Shown: positions 1-11,373, counted from the stretch's first letter. The stretch: DNA of 64,000 nucleotides from Nemertoderma westbladi (GCA_032718475.1 JAUCBJ010007881.1:1-64000); one strand, 5' to 3'. Made by a program: numbers and translations. Notes: generated by a model not told the origin, from the sequence alone.

Positions 1-418
1 ACTGTACTCGCATCTGCTCTCTCATTGGCTGCTCGATGCCTCCGATTAAGGGTCTAAGGCCTTCAAGCTGGTCATTTGCTTAGTTTTATAATTAGAAGGT
101 CGTGAGTTCGAGCCCTGGAAGAGCATTTTTCTTTTTCCTAGCTCTTGGATAACTCTAGCATACACTCTAGCTTTGACTCTCCCGCCGGCTATAGTGATAG
201 TATGCAACCTTGGGAGTTAATGTGAGTAAAGACCAAGAGATTAGACTTCAGGCTCCCTCTATTGGTTCATTCTTCTTAACTTTATAAAATAACTCAACCC
301 GTATTTAAAGTTTTGAAAATTATGACTTAGTCGACTAATTTTCCAAAGTATATTATAAAAACATATAATTTCTTGAATAAATAGACCTAATAGTAATAAA
401 TATTGTGGGGTAAATACA

Positions 419-535
419 TTTATAATACTAATATAATTATTATGGATAAATAGTCCTAATACTATTATAATTGTTATGGATAAATAGTCCTAATACTAAT
501 ATAATTGTTTTGGATAAATAGCCCTAACACTATTA
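419..535. repeat. ~34-bp AT-rich tandem repeat, about 3 copies
   Basis: TGGATAAATAGTCCTAATACTA(A/T)TATAATT recurs. Confidence 0.7.
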
Positions 536-560
536 TGAAAGGAACTCAAACAAACAAATG

Positions 561-1613
561 TCAATAGCGTCGTCCTGCGCGGGCATTTACTGAACGAGAG
601 TTTTTTATCATAGGTCTTCGAAAATTAGTAAAAGCTGGTTGATTTACTTTACTTTCATCTTCCTCGTTACCCAACTGTTTCTTAATTTTATTCAATTGTT
701 CATTAATTTTCAGTAATTTACTTTTATTTCCCAGAACCTGTCTTAATATCTCTTCTCTATTTTCCTCATTTTCTTCCATTTGTTTAATAAATTTCCGCAT
801 TTGATTTTTGTTTCCTAATATTTGTCTCAATATCTCTTCTTTATTTTCATCATTCTCTTCTAAATGTTTAATAAATTTCTGTAATTTAATTTTACTTCCT
901 AGAACTTGGGTCAATGTCGCCTCTTTATTTTCTTCATTTTCCTTCAAATGTTTAATAATTTTCCGCAATTGATTCTTATTTCCAAGTAATTGCCTCTTTA
1001 TTTCCTCATTATCATCATTTTCATCCTCTTCTCCACTTTCCTGATCTTCACTTTCTTCACCCTCTTTCTGACCTTCACTTTCTTCATCCTCTTCCCCGCC
1101 TTCACTTTCTTCATCGTCTTCCTGTTCTTCACTTTCTTCATCCTCTTCCTGTTCTTCACTTTCTTCATTCTCTTCCTGACCTTCGCTATCTTCACCCTCT
1201 TCTTGACCTTCACTTTCTTCATCATCATCCTGATCTTCACTTTCTTCGTTCTCAACCTCACTCTCTTCAACTTCATCCTGACCCTCACTATTTTCATTCT
1301 CCATCTCATCATCCTCTTCTTCTCCATCTTTCTCACTCAAATTTTCCTCATTTTCTAGGGGTAACTGTTTTTGTATCCCTTTCAAAATATTCATAACTTT
1401 ATGAAATTTACTTTCCATTGTCTGTTTTATATTTAATATATCACGCTCATCTCTCTTTTTCTTTTCATCTTCACTAAAAATATCTTCGGATTTTTTAAAT
1501 TTTTTTGGTAATGGAGCCATTAGTTTTTCCTTTCCATGTGTTTCCATATGACGAGATAAATTGTCTTGTCTCATTTCTTTATTACAGACCAAACAAGTTT
1601 CATGTCTATGCAT
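561..1613 (-). CDS. Intronless 350-aa protein: N-terminal C2H2 finger, long Glu/Asp tract, C-terminal helical repeats
   Basis: CLVC..RQDNLSRHMETH finger; EDDEESEGQE-type acidic repeats; four ~28-aa repeats of type (L/K)RQ(I/V/L)LGNKN(Q/K)L; ATG in TATATAATG context. Confidence 0.6.
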   Translation of the reverse strand: MHRHETCLVCNKEMRQDNLSRHMETHGKEKLMAPLPKKFKKSEDIFSEDEKKKRDERDILNIKQTMESKFHKVMNILKGIQKQLPLENEENLSEKDGEEEDDEMENENSEGQDEVEESEVENEESEDQDDDEESEGQEEGEDSEGQEENEESEEQEEDEESEEQEDDEESEGGEEDEESEGQKEGEESEDQESGEEDENDDNEEIKRQLLGNKNQLRKIIKHLKENEENKEATLTQVLGSKIKLQKFIKHLEENDENKEEILRQILGNKNQMRKFIKQMEENEENREEILRQVLGNKSKLLKINEQLNKIKKQLGNEEDESKVNQPAFTNFRRPMIKNSRSVNARAGRRY

Positions 1614-1753
1614 TATATAGCAATGTCAATTGATAATATTGAATTTTAGCTAAATGATTTTACAAAATTTTAAATAAATTAAACTTTTATGAAAATAAAT
1701 AAAACTTTTTAATATAAAACTTAGAGAATGACTGGGAATGCGTTGAACGGGGG

Positions 1754-1852
1754 TTATTATAGAGGGAGGCTAGAATGGATTATCCAATCAGAGTGCGAGG
1801 GTGAGTTAGGCAGCCAATCAGGACTCGAGGGAGGAAAGTTAAACAGCCAATG
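1754..1852 (-). promoter_or_regulatory. Putative promoter of the 350-aa ORF: three CCAAT boxes and a TATA-like element
   Basis: CCAAT at ~1786, ~1814 and ~1847 (about 30-bp spacing); minus-strand CTATAATAA at ~1754-1762, about 140 bp upstream of the ATG. Confidence 0.35.
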
Positions 1853-2068
1853 AGAGAGCAGATGCGAGTACAGGGGTAAAGTGCCCGCCCATCCATGGTG
1901 AGATAACGTCACACTAACTCTCAAGGATAGTTATACTCACCATTCAAATATCCCTCGCAAACCAGATTCCCCCCAGCATCTAACGTATTCCACTTCAATG
2001 CAAAATATATAGAGCTTTAGTTGGATTTGAACCTGTGCTTGTAAACTTTTTTGTGCTCGTATATTGAA

Positions 2069-3273
2069 GTGAGGCATAGACTATGCCTCACTGAGGCATA
2101 GTCTATGCCTCAGTGCCTCAGTGAGGCATAGTCTATGCCTCAATGAGTCATAGTCTATGCCTCAGTGCCTCAGTGAGGCATAGTCTATGCCTCAGTGAGT
2201 CATAGTCTATGCCTCAGTGCCTCAGTGAGGCATAGTCTATGCCTCAGTGAGGCCTAGTCTATGCCTCAGTGAGGCAGAGTCTATCCCTCACTGCCTCAGT
2301 GAGGCACTGAGTGAGGCATAGACTATGCCTCAGTGAGTCATAGTCTATGCCTCAATGCCTCAGTGAGGCATAGTCTATGCCTCAGTGAGGCATAGTCTAT
2401 GCCTCAGTGAGTCATAGTCTATGCCTCAGTGCCTCAGTGAGGCAGTGAGGCATAGTCTATGCCTCAGTGAGGCATAGTCTATGCCTCAGTGAGTCATAGT
2501 CTATGCCTCAGTGAGTCATAGTCTCTGCCTCAGTGCCTCAGTGAGGCCTAGTCTATGCCTCAGTGAGGCCTAGTCTATGCCTCAGTGAGGCATAGTCTAT
2601 GCCTCAATGAGTCATAGTCTATGCCTCAGTGCCCCAGTGAGGCATAGTCTATGCCTCAGTGCCTCAGTGAGGCATAGTCTATGCCTCAGTGAGGCATAGT
2701 CTATGCCTCAGTGAGTCATAGTCTATGCCTCAGTGCCTCAGTGAGGCATAGTCTATGCCTCAGTGAGGCATAGTCTATGCCTCAGTGAGGCATAGTCTAT
2801 GCCTCAGTGCCCCAGTGAGGCATAGTCTATGCCTCAGTGAGGCATAGTCTATGCCTCAGTGAGGCATAGTCTATGCCTCAGTGCCTCAGTGAGGCCTAGT
2901 CTATGCCTCAGTGAGGCCTAGTCTATGCCTCAGTGAGGCATAGTCTATGCCTCAGTGAGTCATAGTCTATGCCTCAGTGCCTCAGTGAGGCAGTGAGGCA
3001 TAGTCTATGCCTCAGTGAGGCATAGTCTATGCCTCAGTGAGTCATAGTCTATGCCTCAGTGAGTCATAGTCTATGCCTCAGTGCCTCAGTGAGACCTAGT
3101 CTATGCCTCAGTGAGGCCTAGTCTATGCCTCAGTGAGGCATAGTCTATGCCTCAGTGAGGCATAGTCTATGCCTCAGTGCCTCAGTGAGGCATAGTCTAT
3201 GCCTCAGTGCCTCAATGAGGCATAGTCTATGCCTCAGTGAGTCATAGACTATGCCTCGGTGAGGCATAGTCTG
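2069..3273. repeat. Palindromic 22-bp satellite with occasional 8-bp TGCCTCAG inserts, about 50 units
   Basis: Unit is TGAGGCATAGTCTATGCCTCAG; TGAGGCATAG and CTATGCCTCA are reverse complements. Confidence 0.95.
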
Positions 3274-3338
3274 TGTCAAGTCTTAAATGAGAGTCTTACA
3301 AATTCGAACGTCAACGAACAAATTCGAAGGTTACTGTT

Positions 3339-3420
3339 CCACCTTGGTGTAGTGGTTGCGTAGAATTCACGTCTCTCGTATGTCATGGGTTCGACCCCTG
3401 CATGAACCAGGGCAGTTTTC
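3339..3420 (+). other. tRNA-derived (SINE-head-like) segment with Pol III A and B boxes
   Basis: A box TGGTGTAGTGG (~3345) and B box GGTTCGACCCC (~3388); no complete cloverleaf. Confidence 0.4.
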
Positions 3421-4701
3421 GTTCGGTCAGCAATAGGCCTAACGTTGCAAAATGCAGTATTATTGCCTAGTAACCAATTCATGGCTACCGTATGGTTTTC
3501 ACTTTGAGACATTAAGCCCTCTAGCGGCAGACTGGGGAACTTCATACTACTCTGTGACTCTGCAAAAGATATAGCCTATGCCATAGTAGATGCCGATTGG
3601 GGGGTCAAATTAAGTAATAATATATCTAAATAAGTCTCAAACATCTTGCCTCATGGCTCGCCCCTTAGAACTCTTGAGCAATATAACTTCATAGTTTTTA
3701 AGGAAAACTGGTAAATGAGATGTGTTAATTACGCAACCTCGCAGTCTTAAGTAATTAATTATACAGTAGGTTAGATCGTTTTGAGAATAGGACCATTGGA
3801 AAGAGCGCCCTCGATAACCTCAGTACAAAGAAAATTAATACGGATTAACCGGATATAGCTTGTTATTATAAAACATAAATTACAGTAGAACAATTAGGGT
3901 TGTAAATAAAAACAAATTAAATTGAAGATAAACTGTATATATATATATATAAACTTATGTATTAAAAGAGGGCCCTATTTAATTATACAGTATACTGAAA
4001 ATGGTTAGCGATACCATAATTAGATTATCGATAGGGATGCGTGGCTGTATAACAGAAGCAGGTCTGGTGCAAAGGAAAGGGATTAGTAGAGAGGAATGCG
4101 TGATTAGAGGCGCTTCATTGTTATGATACGGGCTGCCTGGATATAGGAAAGGGATAAAGCGATGCCGGCTATAATGAGAACAATAGAGGGCCGCTGGAGC
4201 ATTAGCCTTGGGCGATATACGGATTTGCTGTAGTCAAGGCCGCGATGGGATTATTAGTGAGTCAACGATGGGGCTGCTAACAGACGGGACCGCTCATTTA
4301 TATTTGCTTTGGGGTATACGTGTAGATTCACTGCCTGTCGTATCTAGTTAATGAATAATGAGGACAGAGGAGGGGCCCCCGCCGATGAACGTAGTTGATA
4401 GTTGCCGGGAATGTGGTGAACGGGGGATGCAATAGGTAATTATATAGCTAAATATAGACATGATGTCATAGTGATCTCATTGGTAATATAAAAACTACTT
4501 AATCTAAAAATAGAAATCAATGTATAAAGTAAAAGTAATATATACAATTAATTAATTTAAAATAAAGTACAAATGAATAATTAATTTAGAATTAAATACA
4601 AATAAAATAAAATGCAAATAATTAATTAAAATTAGGTATAAATAAATAAGTATTAATGAATAAAAGAGCCGCGGTGTCACTTATGACACCCTCTTGGGCC
4701 T

Positions 4702-4972
4702 CTCGGCGACAGTTAGACCCAACTCATGACTCATCGCTTAGGAATGTGACGCCTTGGGTGTCATTGGCGCCAGACTGTCTGGGTGACACCTCCCAATTAG
4801 ACTAATTAGACCCCTATTAGGGTTTAATTGTACTAATTAATTGATGACACCTGTCAATTAGGGTCTAATTAGCCTAATTGGGAGGTGTCACCCAGACAGT
4901 CTGGCGCCAATGACACCCAAGGCGTCACATTCCTAAGCGATGAGTCATGAGTTGGGTCTAACTGTCGCCGAG
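4702..4972. repeat. Near-perfect long inverted repeat: ~114-bp arms, ~43-bp spacer
   Basis: 4702-4815 is the reverse complement of 4859-4972 with one visible mismatch. Confidence 0.95.
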
Positions 4973-5047
4973 CCGGCCAAGACCCTACTACTGACCTTAC
5001 TGAGCGCATTAGGAGTATGTGTACAAATAACCGGTCCTTATAAGGGT

Positions 5048-8000
5048 TCAATTGTATAAATTAATAATAAATAAGGTTGTATAATATTCAGCAGGCCGTT
5101 TCTCTAATGTCTCCAGCGCCTCATGCGCGTTTTGGCCGATGAGTATTTGCACTCCAGGGTAATCAGTCTGGAATCGAGGTATGTTAAGATGTTGGATGCT
5201 CTCATCCTCGTCCCAATTATAAAGGTCTGCTTGAGTAGTAGCGAAGTTCTTTATAGCCACCATTTTCACTGACCTTATGCTATGTTCTCCTAGTTCGTCT
5301 TGTGGGGTGGACAACGCGCCTACATAATAATCAGCTGTTATTGTAGATTTCCAAACTTGCATAATGCCTGACATGTTGAGCTTAGTTTGGAACTTGGGTT
5401 GTCCAGCAAATATATCTTCGGCTAGCTCTTTATCGATGAATGTTCCTGTGCTGCCGGAGTCCAGGAGGGCGTTCACTACATAACTCCGTTTAGGTCCGTG
5501 CACCCTTACCTGCACCACAGGAAACTCTCGGATTCCTATATTGGAAGTTGGCGCTTTCCAAGATGGTTGTTGATCGGAAGTAGTTAAGGTAAGGTCGCTG
5601 TCTGTGTCTTTCTCATGTACGAGTGCTCGATACACTGCGGTGGTGTTTATTAGGTAACAGGATTCGTTTTGGTCGGAGAACTCGTCCGTATAGAATCCTT
5701 CCATCTCAGATTGATCAGTGTCGTTCACATCACTGAATTGGACATGTAGTTCGGACTCACTTACCTGACTCGGGCTGTTTCGTTCGAATTCCGTGTGCAA
5801 CAAGATATGATGTTTTGCGCCGCACTTTGCACACCTTGCGTCGGAGTTACAGGTTCGCCGTTGGTGTCCTCGTCTGAGGCAATTATAACACAACCGCTTA
5901 TCCCACATGACTTCACGTCTATCCTCGAGTGATTTCCTCAGGAATTTATCACACGCATTTAAACGGTGGGGCCCGTCGCACAGCACACATTTCGGCTTGA
6001 TGTTACTTACTTTAACCTGTGCTATGTGGTGCACACTTGTTCTTTCCTCGGGCTTTCTCACCTGAATTCCTTTAGGAGACGTAGGAGGGGTTTTTTGTAC
6101 CGGTTCCCTTCTGTCATTGGGTCGAGACTTGGATTTACTTACCTGTTCTTTAGGCATTTTATTGACATAATAAGGCCTGTCAGTGTCTTTCCCGCTGTCC
6201 TCTCCTTGAGAGGTTTGGCTTTCACCGTCGTCGGTATAACATACTGGTGTTACCCTTCTCCTAGAAACGGGTTTCTCACTTACCTTGTTTTCCAATGTCT
6301 TCTCTCTGGACTGCCTTAGGAGCTGTAATTTCACTTCTCTATCTAAGAATGACATGAGATCAGTCATCGTAGGGTCTCGTCGTTGTTGTTCCATCATATA
6401 TAACACCTTCTTATCCCAGCGTGTACCTACTCCACCCTTGGGCAAAGCAGATGCTAAGGCTCTTACAACCATAGAATTCTGGTATTCATGAGACTTACCT
6501 AGCCAATCTAATTGTCTACAGATCTCCTGAATCTCATCAGAAAACTCTATAATCCCGCTGCTAAGAAACTTTCGGGGCGCCATTAATTTTGCATACAAAT
6601 ACCCAGCTATGTCATTCCTATTACCATACCTGATGTTTAGTGTATCCCAAACTTGTCTTAATCCGTCTGGATGTCCAATAAACTTTAACGCCATTAACTT
6701 GGGAGATCCTTCCAAGCACTCGATGAGGTATCTAAGTTTTTCTACATTAGATAGTACAGAGTTCTGTATGTTATCTTTGTAATATTCATTAAAAGGTAAC
6801 CATTTCATCTCATCTCCATTGAACTTGACGATCTCTCCAACCTTTACCGCTTGCCGGGCTTCGGTTCTAGCCATTTGACGCGTAAAACTTTCTTGGGCCA
6901 TCGTGCTATTTAATATCGAGTTATCGGTATATAAATTTCTCGGATTATGATCAGTTCTATAGGGAATATCATTATCAACAGGTCTATAATTACCCTTAAT
7001 AGGGTTCACTATAGGAGTTTCTACTTCGCTAGCAGTATATATGCGTGTAGGCTCCACACCTTGCGCATGCAATACTTCAGACCTAACGGGTTGACACATT
7101 GTTACAGAGGGTGGTGGTATACCTCTTTGAGTATTTACTAATTTATCGCGCTCTAGCGCGATACTTTGCTGCACTTCTTGCAACTCTAGTCTACTTTCCC
7201 TTACTGTGCCCTTGAATTGCTGGACAGTCTCCTGCATCTGCCCGAGCAGGATATCCATCCCCCGCCGTCTCTCGTCCACCCATTCGACCGCCGAAGCGGG
7301 AGTCGCCAACGTTGTAGCGGGCGGACGAGGGACAACGGGCGACAAATTGTGAATATTTCGCTCGGGGTCCAGGACCTGAACTGTCTCCTGGGCAGTTCTG
7401 CGGGGCACAGGTAGCTTAGTGCTATGCAGAGGGAATTTAGAGGTAGTTTCAGGGAGCACAGGTATGTCTATCACCGAAGGGGTGATTTCAAGAACAGGCC
7501 TAATTATTTCAGGCTCATCTACTATAGTAGGGAGTCTTTCTATTTTAATTATTTGGTCTGTGGGCTCTGTACTACCTAAGTTGGTGTTATTTAGTTGCCT
7601 TCTAACGGCTGGAGGCAAATCAGGCAATTTCTGACGGTGGAATGTTCTTTTACGTCTACTTAGACGAGATCTATTTCCTTTGCCTTCAGTATCGGTGGTA
7701 TCGCCTTCCTCCGATGATGTATATCCCTGTCTTTTGGGAGTAGATCGATCCATCATCCGCATATTGCTAGCCGTTAACTGTTTATTTATGCAGTCTTGAT
7801 TCTCCTGAATGTTTTCCAATTCTAACTGGGTGGTTTCTTCAGTCGCTCTCCGTTCTGCTTCTGCCACTGCCTCTGCCGCCTTTCTTTCAGCTGCTGCTTC
7901 TGCCAAGGTCGCCTTTGCTTCTGCCGCTGCCTCTGCCGCCTTTGCCTCTGCCGCTGCCGCTTTTGCCCCTGCTGCTGCCTCTGCCGCTGCCACTTTTCTT

Positions 8001-9205
8001 TCTGCTTCTGCAGCTACCACTGCTGCTTTCTTTCTGTCTTCTATGCGTTTTTTCTTTACTTGTTCTTCCCTTTCTCTAGCGATGCGGAGTTGTTCATCGA
8101 ATTTAGCTTGGTTCGCCGCTAACCTATCCACATCAATCGCATCTAACACAAGTTTGGCTCCTTCGCTATTAGGGCTAAGTCCCTCTAGCCTTCTCCTCAA
8201 CTCTTCATCTCCCACAAAACGCTGATAGTCTGACAGATAGATATCAATGGCATCCTTCTTATGCGGTTTCTCTGCCGTCGCTTCACTTTCCACTTGGGAA
8301 AAAGTAGCGTCTGTTGATTCTCCATGGGTTGAGCGCTCCTCCAACTGAGCCTTCCACTGAGCTGCTCCTTGAACCTGGCGACTCACCCGTTGAAACCAAG
8401 TCTTTACGGCAACTTGCAACGACGTGTCTTGTCTTCTTTTAGAAGCCTCCTCAAAGGCGGATAAGATTAGCCTAATTCGTAGAACTCTTTCTCTAACTTG
8501 ATAAAGCAGCGATCCCTGCTCTTGAGGTCCTTGAGGTTGTTTAAACAGTTGTCTTTCTACTCGCTCCATAGAGCTGAAGAATCCATGGGCGTATCCGGCT
8601 GCGGACCTCTTCCATACAGCTGGATCGATGGTTTCCTTGGCTACTCCCATCCGGTGTATGTCTTCCCAGGCAGCTTCTGATAAATCAAACGGGAGTCCGG
8701 GTCCGGGGAAGTTCCATTGCGACTCGACAATAGACTTCAGTTCTTCACTAGTGTATCCCGCGTAACTATCTCTAGTTGACTGTTGACTTCTCGCCCAATC
8801 GATCTGGTGTTCTTCCACCGCGATCAATAACCCAGCGAGCACGGCTGCAGGAAGGATGAGAAGGGGATCCGTATAAACCGCATCCGTCATCTCTGCTCCG
8901 CTCTCGGGTGTCAGCTCTACAGTATCCTCACTACTGGAGCTGCTGGGCCGCTGAGGAATAAGTTCTTGACTAGTGGGTTGTTGCTGTTCCGCTGCCTTTT
9001 GGTCCCGCTTGACCTGAGCTCGAGTGCCTATGATAGACCTACGATGTTGGACCAGCCTAGGTTCTGTTATTACTACTGGAGGGATGACCTTCCTCACAGT
9101 GGGAGGTGAACTGGATTTACGACCAGACGTTTGTACGTCTCTATCTGAGTCGCAGATAGTTACATCTAATAAACTGTCTGACAGGTTCTGCTTAGTATCA
9201 GACAT
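5048..9205 (-). CDS. BEL/Pao Gag-protease polyprotein, 1385 aa, truncated after the protease
   Basis: DUF1759-like KFNGDEMKWLPF...EKLRYL; three BEL-type Cys/His knuckles (CVLC..H..C, CYNC..GH..C, CAKC..HH..LH); aspartic protease ALLDSGS; the last ~13 codons come from flanking DNA. Confidence 0.9.
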   Translation of the reverse strand: MSDTKQNLSDSLLDVTICDSDRDVQTSGRKSSSPPTVRKVIPPVVITEPRLVQHRRSIIGTRAQVKRDQKAAEQQQPTSQELIPQRPSSSSSEDTVELTPESGAEMTDAVYTDPLLILPAAVLAGLLIAVEEHQIDWARSQQSTRDSYAGYTSEELKSIVESQWNFPGPGLPFDLSEAAWEDIHRMGVAKETIDPAVWKRSAAGYAHGFFSSMERVERQLFKQPQGPQEQGSLLYQVRERVLRIRLILSAFEEASKRRQDTSLQVAVKTWFQRVSRQVQGAAQWKAQLEERSTHGESTDATFSQVESEATAEKPHKKDAIDIYLSDYQRFVGDEELRRRLEGLSPNSEGAKLVLDAIDVDRLAANQAKFDEQLRIAREREEQVKKKRIEDRKKAAVVAAEAERKVAAAEAAAGAKAAAAEAKAAEAAAEAKATLAEAAAERKAAEAVAEAERRATEETTQLELENIQENQDCINKQLTASNMRMMDRSTPKRQGYTSSEEGDTTDTEGKGNRSRLSRRKRTFHRQKLPDLPPAVRRQLNNTNLGSTEPTDQIIKIERLPTIVDEPEIIRPVLEITPSVIDIPVLPETTSKFPLHSTKLPVPRRTAQETVQVLDPERNIHNLSPVVPRPPATTLATPASAVEWVDERRRGMDILLGQMQETVQQFKGTVRESRLELQEVQQSIALERDKLVNTQRGIPPPSVTMCQPVRSEVLHAQGVEPTRIYTASEVETPIVNPIKGNYRPVDNDIPYRTDHNPRNLYTDNSILNSTMAQESFTRQMARTEARQAVKVGEIVKFNGDEMKWLPFNEYYKDNIQNSVLSNVEKLRYLIECLEGSPKLMALKFIGHPDGLRQVWDTLNIRYGNRNDIAGYLYAKLMAPRKFLSSGIIEFSDEIQEICRQLDWLGKSHEYQNSMVVRALASALPKGGVGTRWDKKVLYMMEQQRRDPTMTDLMSFLDREVKLQLLRQSREKTLENKVSEKPVSRRRVTPVCYTDDGESQTSQGEDSGKDTDRPYYVNKMPKEQVSKSKSRPNDRREPVQKTPPTSPKGIQVRKPEERTSVHHIAQVKVSNIKPKCVLCDGPHRLNACDKFLRKSLEDRREVMWDKRLCYNCLRRGHQRRTCNSDARCAKCGAKHHILLHTEFERNSPSQVSESELHVQFSDVNDTDQSEMEGFYTDEFSDQNESCYLINTTAVYRALVHEKDTDSDLTLTTSDQQPSWKAPTSNIGIREFPVVQVRVHGPKRSYVVNALLDSGSTGTFIDKELAEDIFAGQPKFQTKLNMSGIMQVWKSTITADYYVGALSTPQDELGEHSIRSVKMVAIKNFATTQADLYNWDEDESIQHLNIPRFQTDYPGVQILIGQNAHEALETLEKRPAEYYTTLFIINLYN

Positions 9206-10613
9206 GACTATGTATACCGTTGAATGTCTACTGCTGTATTACAGTCTGAGTAAGTCTAATAACTCAGTATTAACTGCTAGCCTAGTAATTAATTACCGTT
9301 ACTGCTACTCAGTGTAGCGTGATATATATATAATATATTAGAATACCGGTATACTTATAGTATATATAACTATATAAGTATTATTACAGACTAGGTTTAT
9401 CACAGAATACCGGTATAATTTTAGCACAAATATATATAAATATATAATAGGCCTATCGGAATACCGGTATACAGCTTACAGTTTGTAGGATATATAATTC
9501 TGAAATAGAATTAATTACAAGTACCGGTATAATTTCAGCCTAGATTTATAGAAATAAAGATAATAGGCCTATCGTAAATACCGGTATATCAATTATTTCA
9601 AATAATTGAATTTCTGTTACTTTAGGGTTACTTTGTTACTTTACTTACTTTATTACCGTTATTTGAGCAGTAATCCAACTGATATTGGGACCTAATGGTT
9701 GTATGGTAGGCCTACTATTTATAAATCGTTAGATTTGATTTATAATATATATACCCGTTTTAGTGGGTTTTGTCAATGTTTGAAATAAATGTTATTATTT
9801 CTGGGGTAATCACTACACAAAGCGGTGCGCTTTCAATGAAGTGTTACTTATGAGACACTAAAACAAATATTACTAATTTACCTAAGTTACTTAATACTAC
9901 AAATTACTTACAATTCGGGTGAGATTACAATCTCTAAATAAATGCAAAAATTTACAAAAAACACAAAATACGAATTTTTAGGGTAATTTTACAAGAAGTC
10001 TACAAACCAGCCTAACAAAGGGTTAGAATACCGGTTATTACAACGGACAGGGTACTACGGTATTTGAAATAATAAGTAGTAGTAAATACACTGCGTTGTC
10101 TAGATAGGAAAATACCACCGCCTGACGACCTATAGCCGTATCGCTATAGGTTCTACGTTATGTATCACGGAGTGTTCCTACCTAGAAGTTAATAGAGCTA
10201 ATCGAATGTGCCTATCAACCACTTTACAACACAAATATAATGCCTACAATTATTACTTCCGGAAAGCACTGTACACTAAACCCTAAATTAGGTACGAGTA
10301 CTTGTACAACAAATAATCAGTAGTTAAATATACTTGAACAGCTAAAAGAACCACGGCATCTGCTGGAGTGACCGATGCACAAAATCACCAGTCTTTACCT
10401 ACGCCGAGCAGCCCGTGTAGTACCGAGGTTAATTTAACTATAGCGGTATGTATAACAAACACAATTACTGTAGGAACAAACTTAGGGAATGAATGTTGCG
10501 AATAATCGCATAAACTCTGAATAATAAATATTACGCTACGCGTACAAACTACTCAAACAAAATACAGACCGAACACTGACAGACTACTATCAAACCTAAA
10601 CAAACCACGGTAT

Positions 10614-11023
10614 ATGCAGACTCCGAAATGATTAGGGAGTATGCGCTCTAACCCAGTAGTGCGACTTATTCTTTAGTTGGGGGATTACCTTACAGCGTTC
10701 GCTGCCCCTACTGCCTAATCGTACTTAATCGGACAGATGATCTACACACGCGGCAATCCGTTCAGACCTAATAACAGCCAGACAACTATCCAGCCTACAA
10801 ATTATCTAAATAAAATTATACGCTACCCGTACAGACTTACACAAACAAAGTACAGACTAAACGATGGCAGACCACTCTCAAGCCTAAATAAACCACAGGA
10901 CATGCAGACTCCGAAATGATTAGGGAGTATGCGCTCTAACCCAGTAGTGCGACTTATTCTTTAGTTGGGGGATTACCTTACAGCGTTCGCTGCCCCTACT
11001 GCCTAATCGTACTTAATCGGACA
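10614..11023 (-). repeat. Direct repeat in the leader of A: 122-bp identical core, 288-bp period
   Basis: 10614-10735 matches 10902-11023 exactly; the flanks of each unit are diverged. Confidence 0.9.
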
Positions 11024-11373
11024 AGTGCTCTACACACACTGCAATTCGTTCGGACCTAACAGCAATCAGACAACAGCTCAGCCTACAAATTGTCTGTCCA
11101 ATCTGATCAGGTTTACACGCCTTCTGTTCAATACTGGCCTACAAACAAATAAAACTGACAGAAATAAGTAAGCTCCAAAAGAAACAAGGGGTGTACAGTC
11201 CCTAATCTCTTAAACAGCCTACCGGTATACAACAATCAAATCGAATAATACTAGTGTACTTATACGAAAGTAGGTACCGGTCCGGATGATCAGGCAGTCA
11301 GGCCTACTGGTTACCGGTCGACCGGTACTTTCGACTTTATTGCTTACTGCAATAAAGAAGCGATATCCTTTAA

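Larger units (their letters stand above)
2..1873. mobile_element. ~1.9-kb cassette bounded by perfect 30-bp inverted repeats and carrying one ORF; class unknown
   Basis: CTGTACTCGCATCTGCTCTCTCATTGGCTG (2-31) is the exact reverse complement of 1844-1873. The left flank is outside the window, so no TSD can be tested. Confidence 0.6.

Noticed and set aside
990-1358. Hydrophobic 122-aa membrane protein, and the 112-aa basic ORF
   Set aside because: Antisense and alternate-frame shadows of the acidic repeat
10620-10745. Hammerhead ribozyme on the + strand (CGAAA stem ending GTA, then CAGATGA)
   Set aside because: Core is CAGAUGA rather than CUGAUGA, stems I and II do not form, and the second copy lacks the motif
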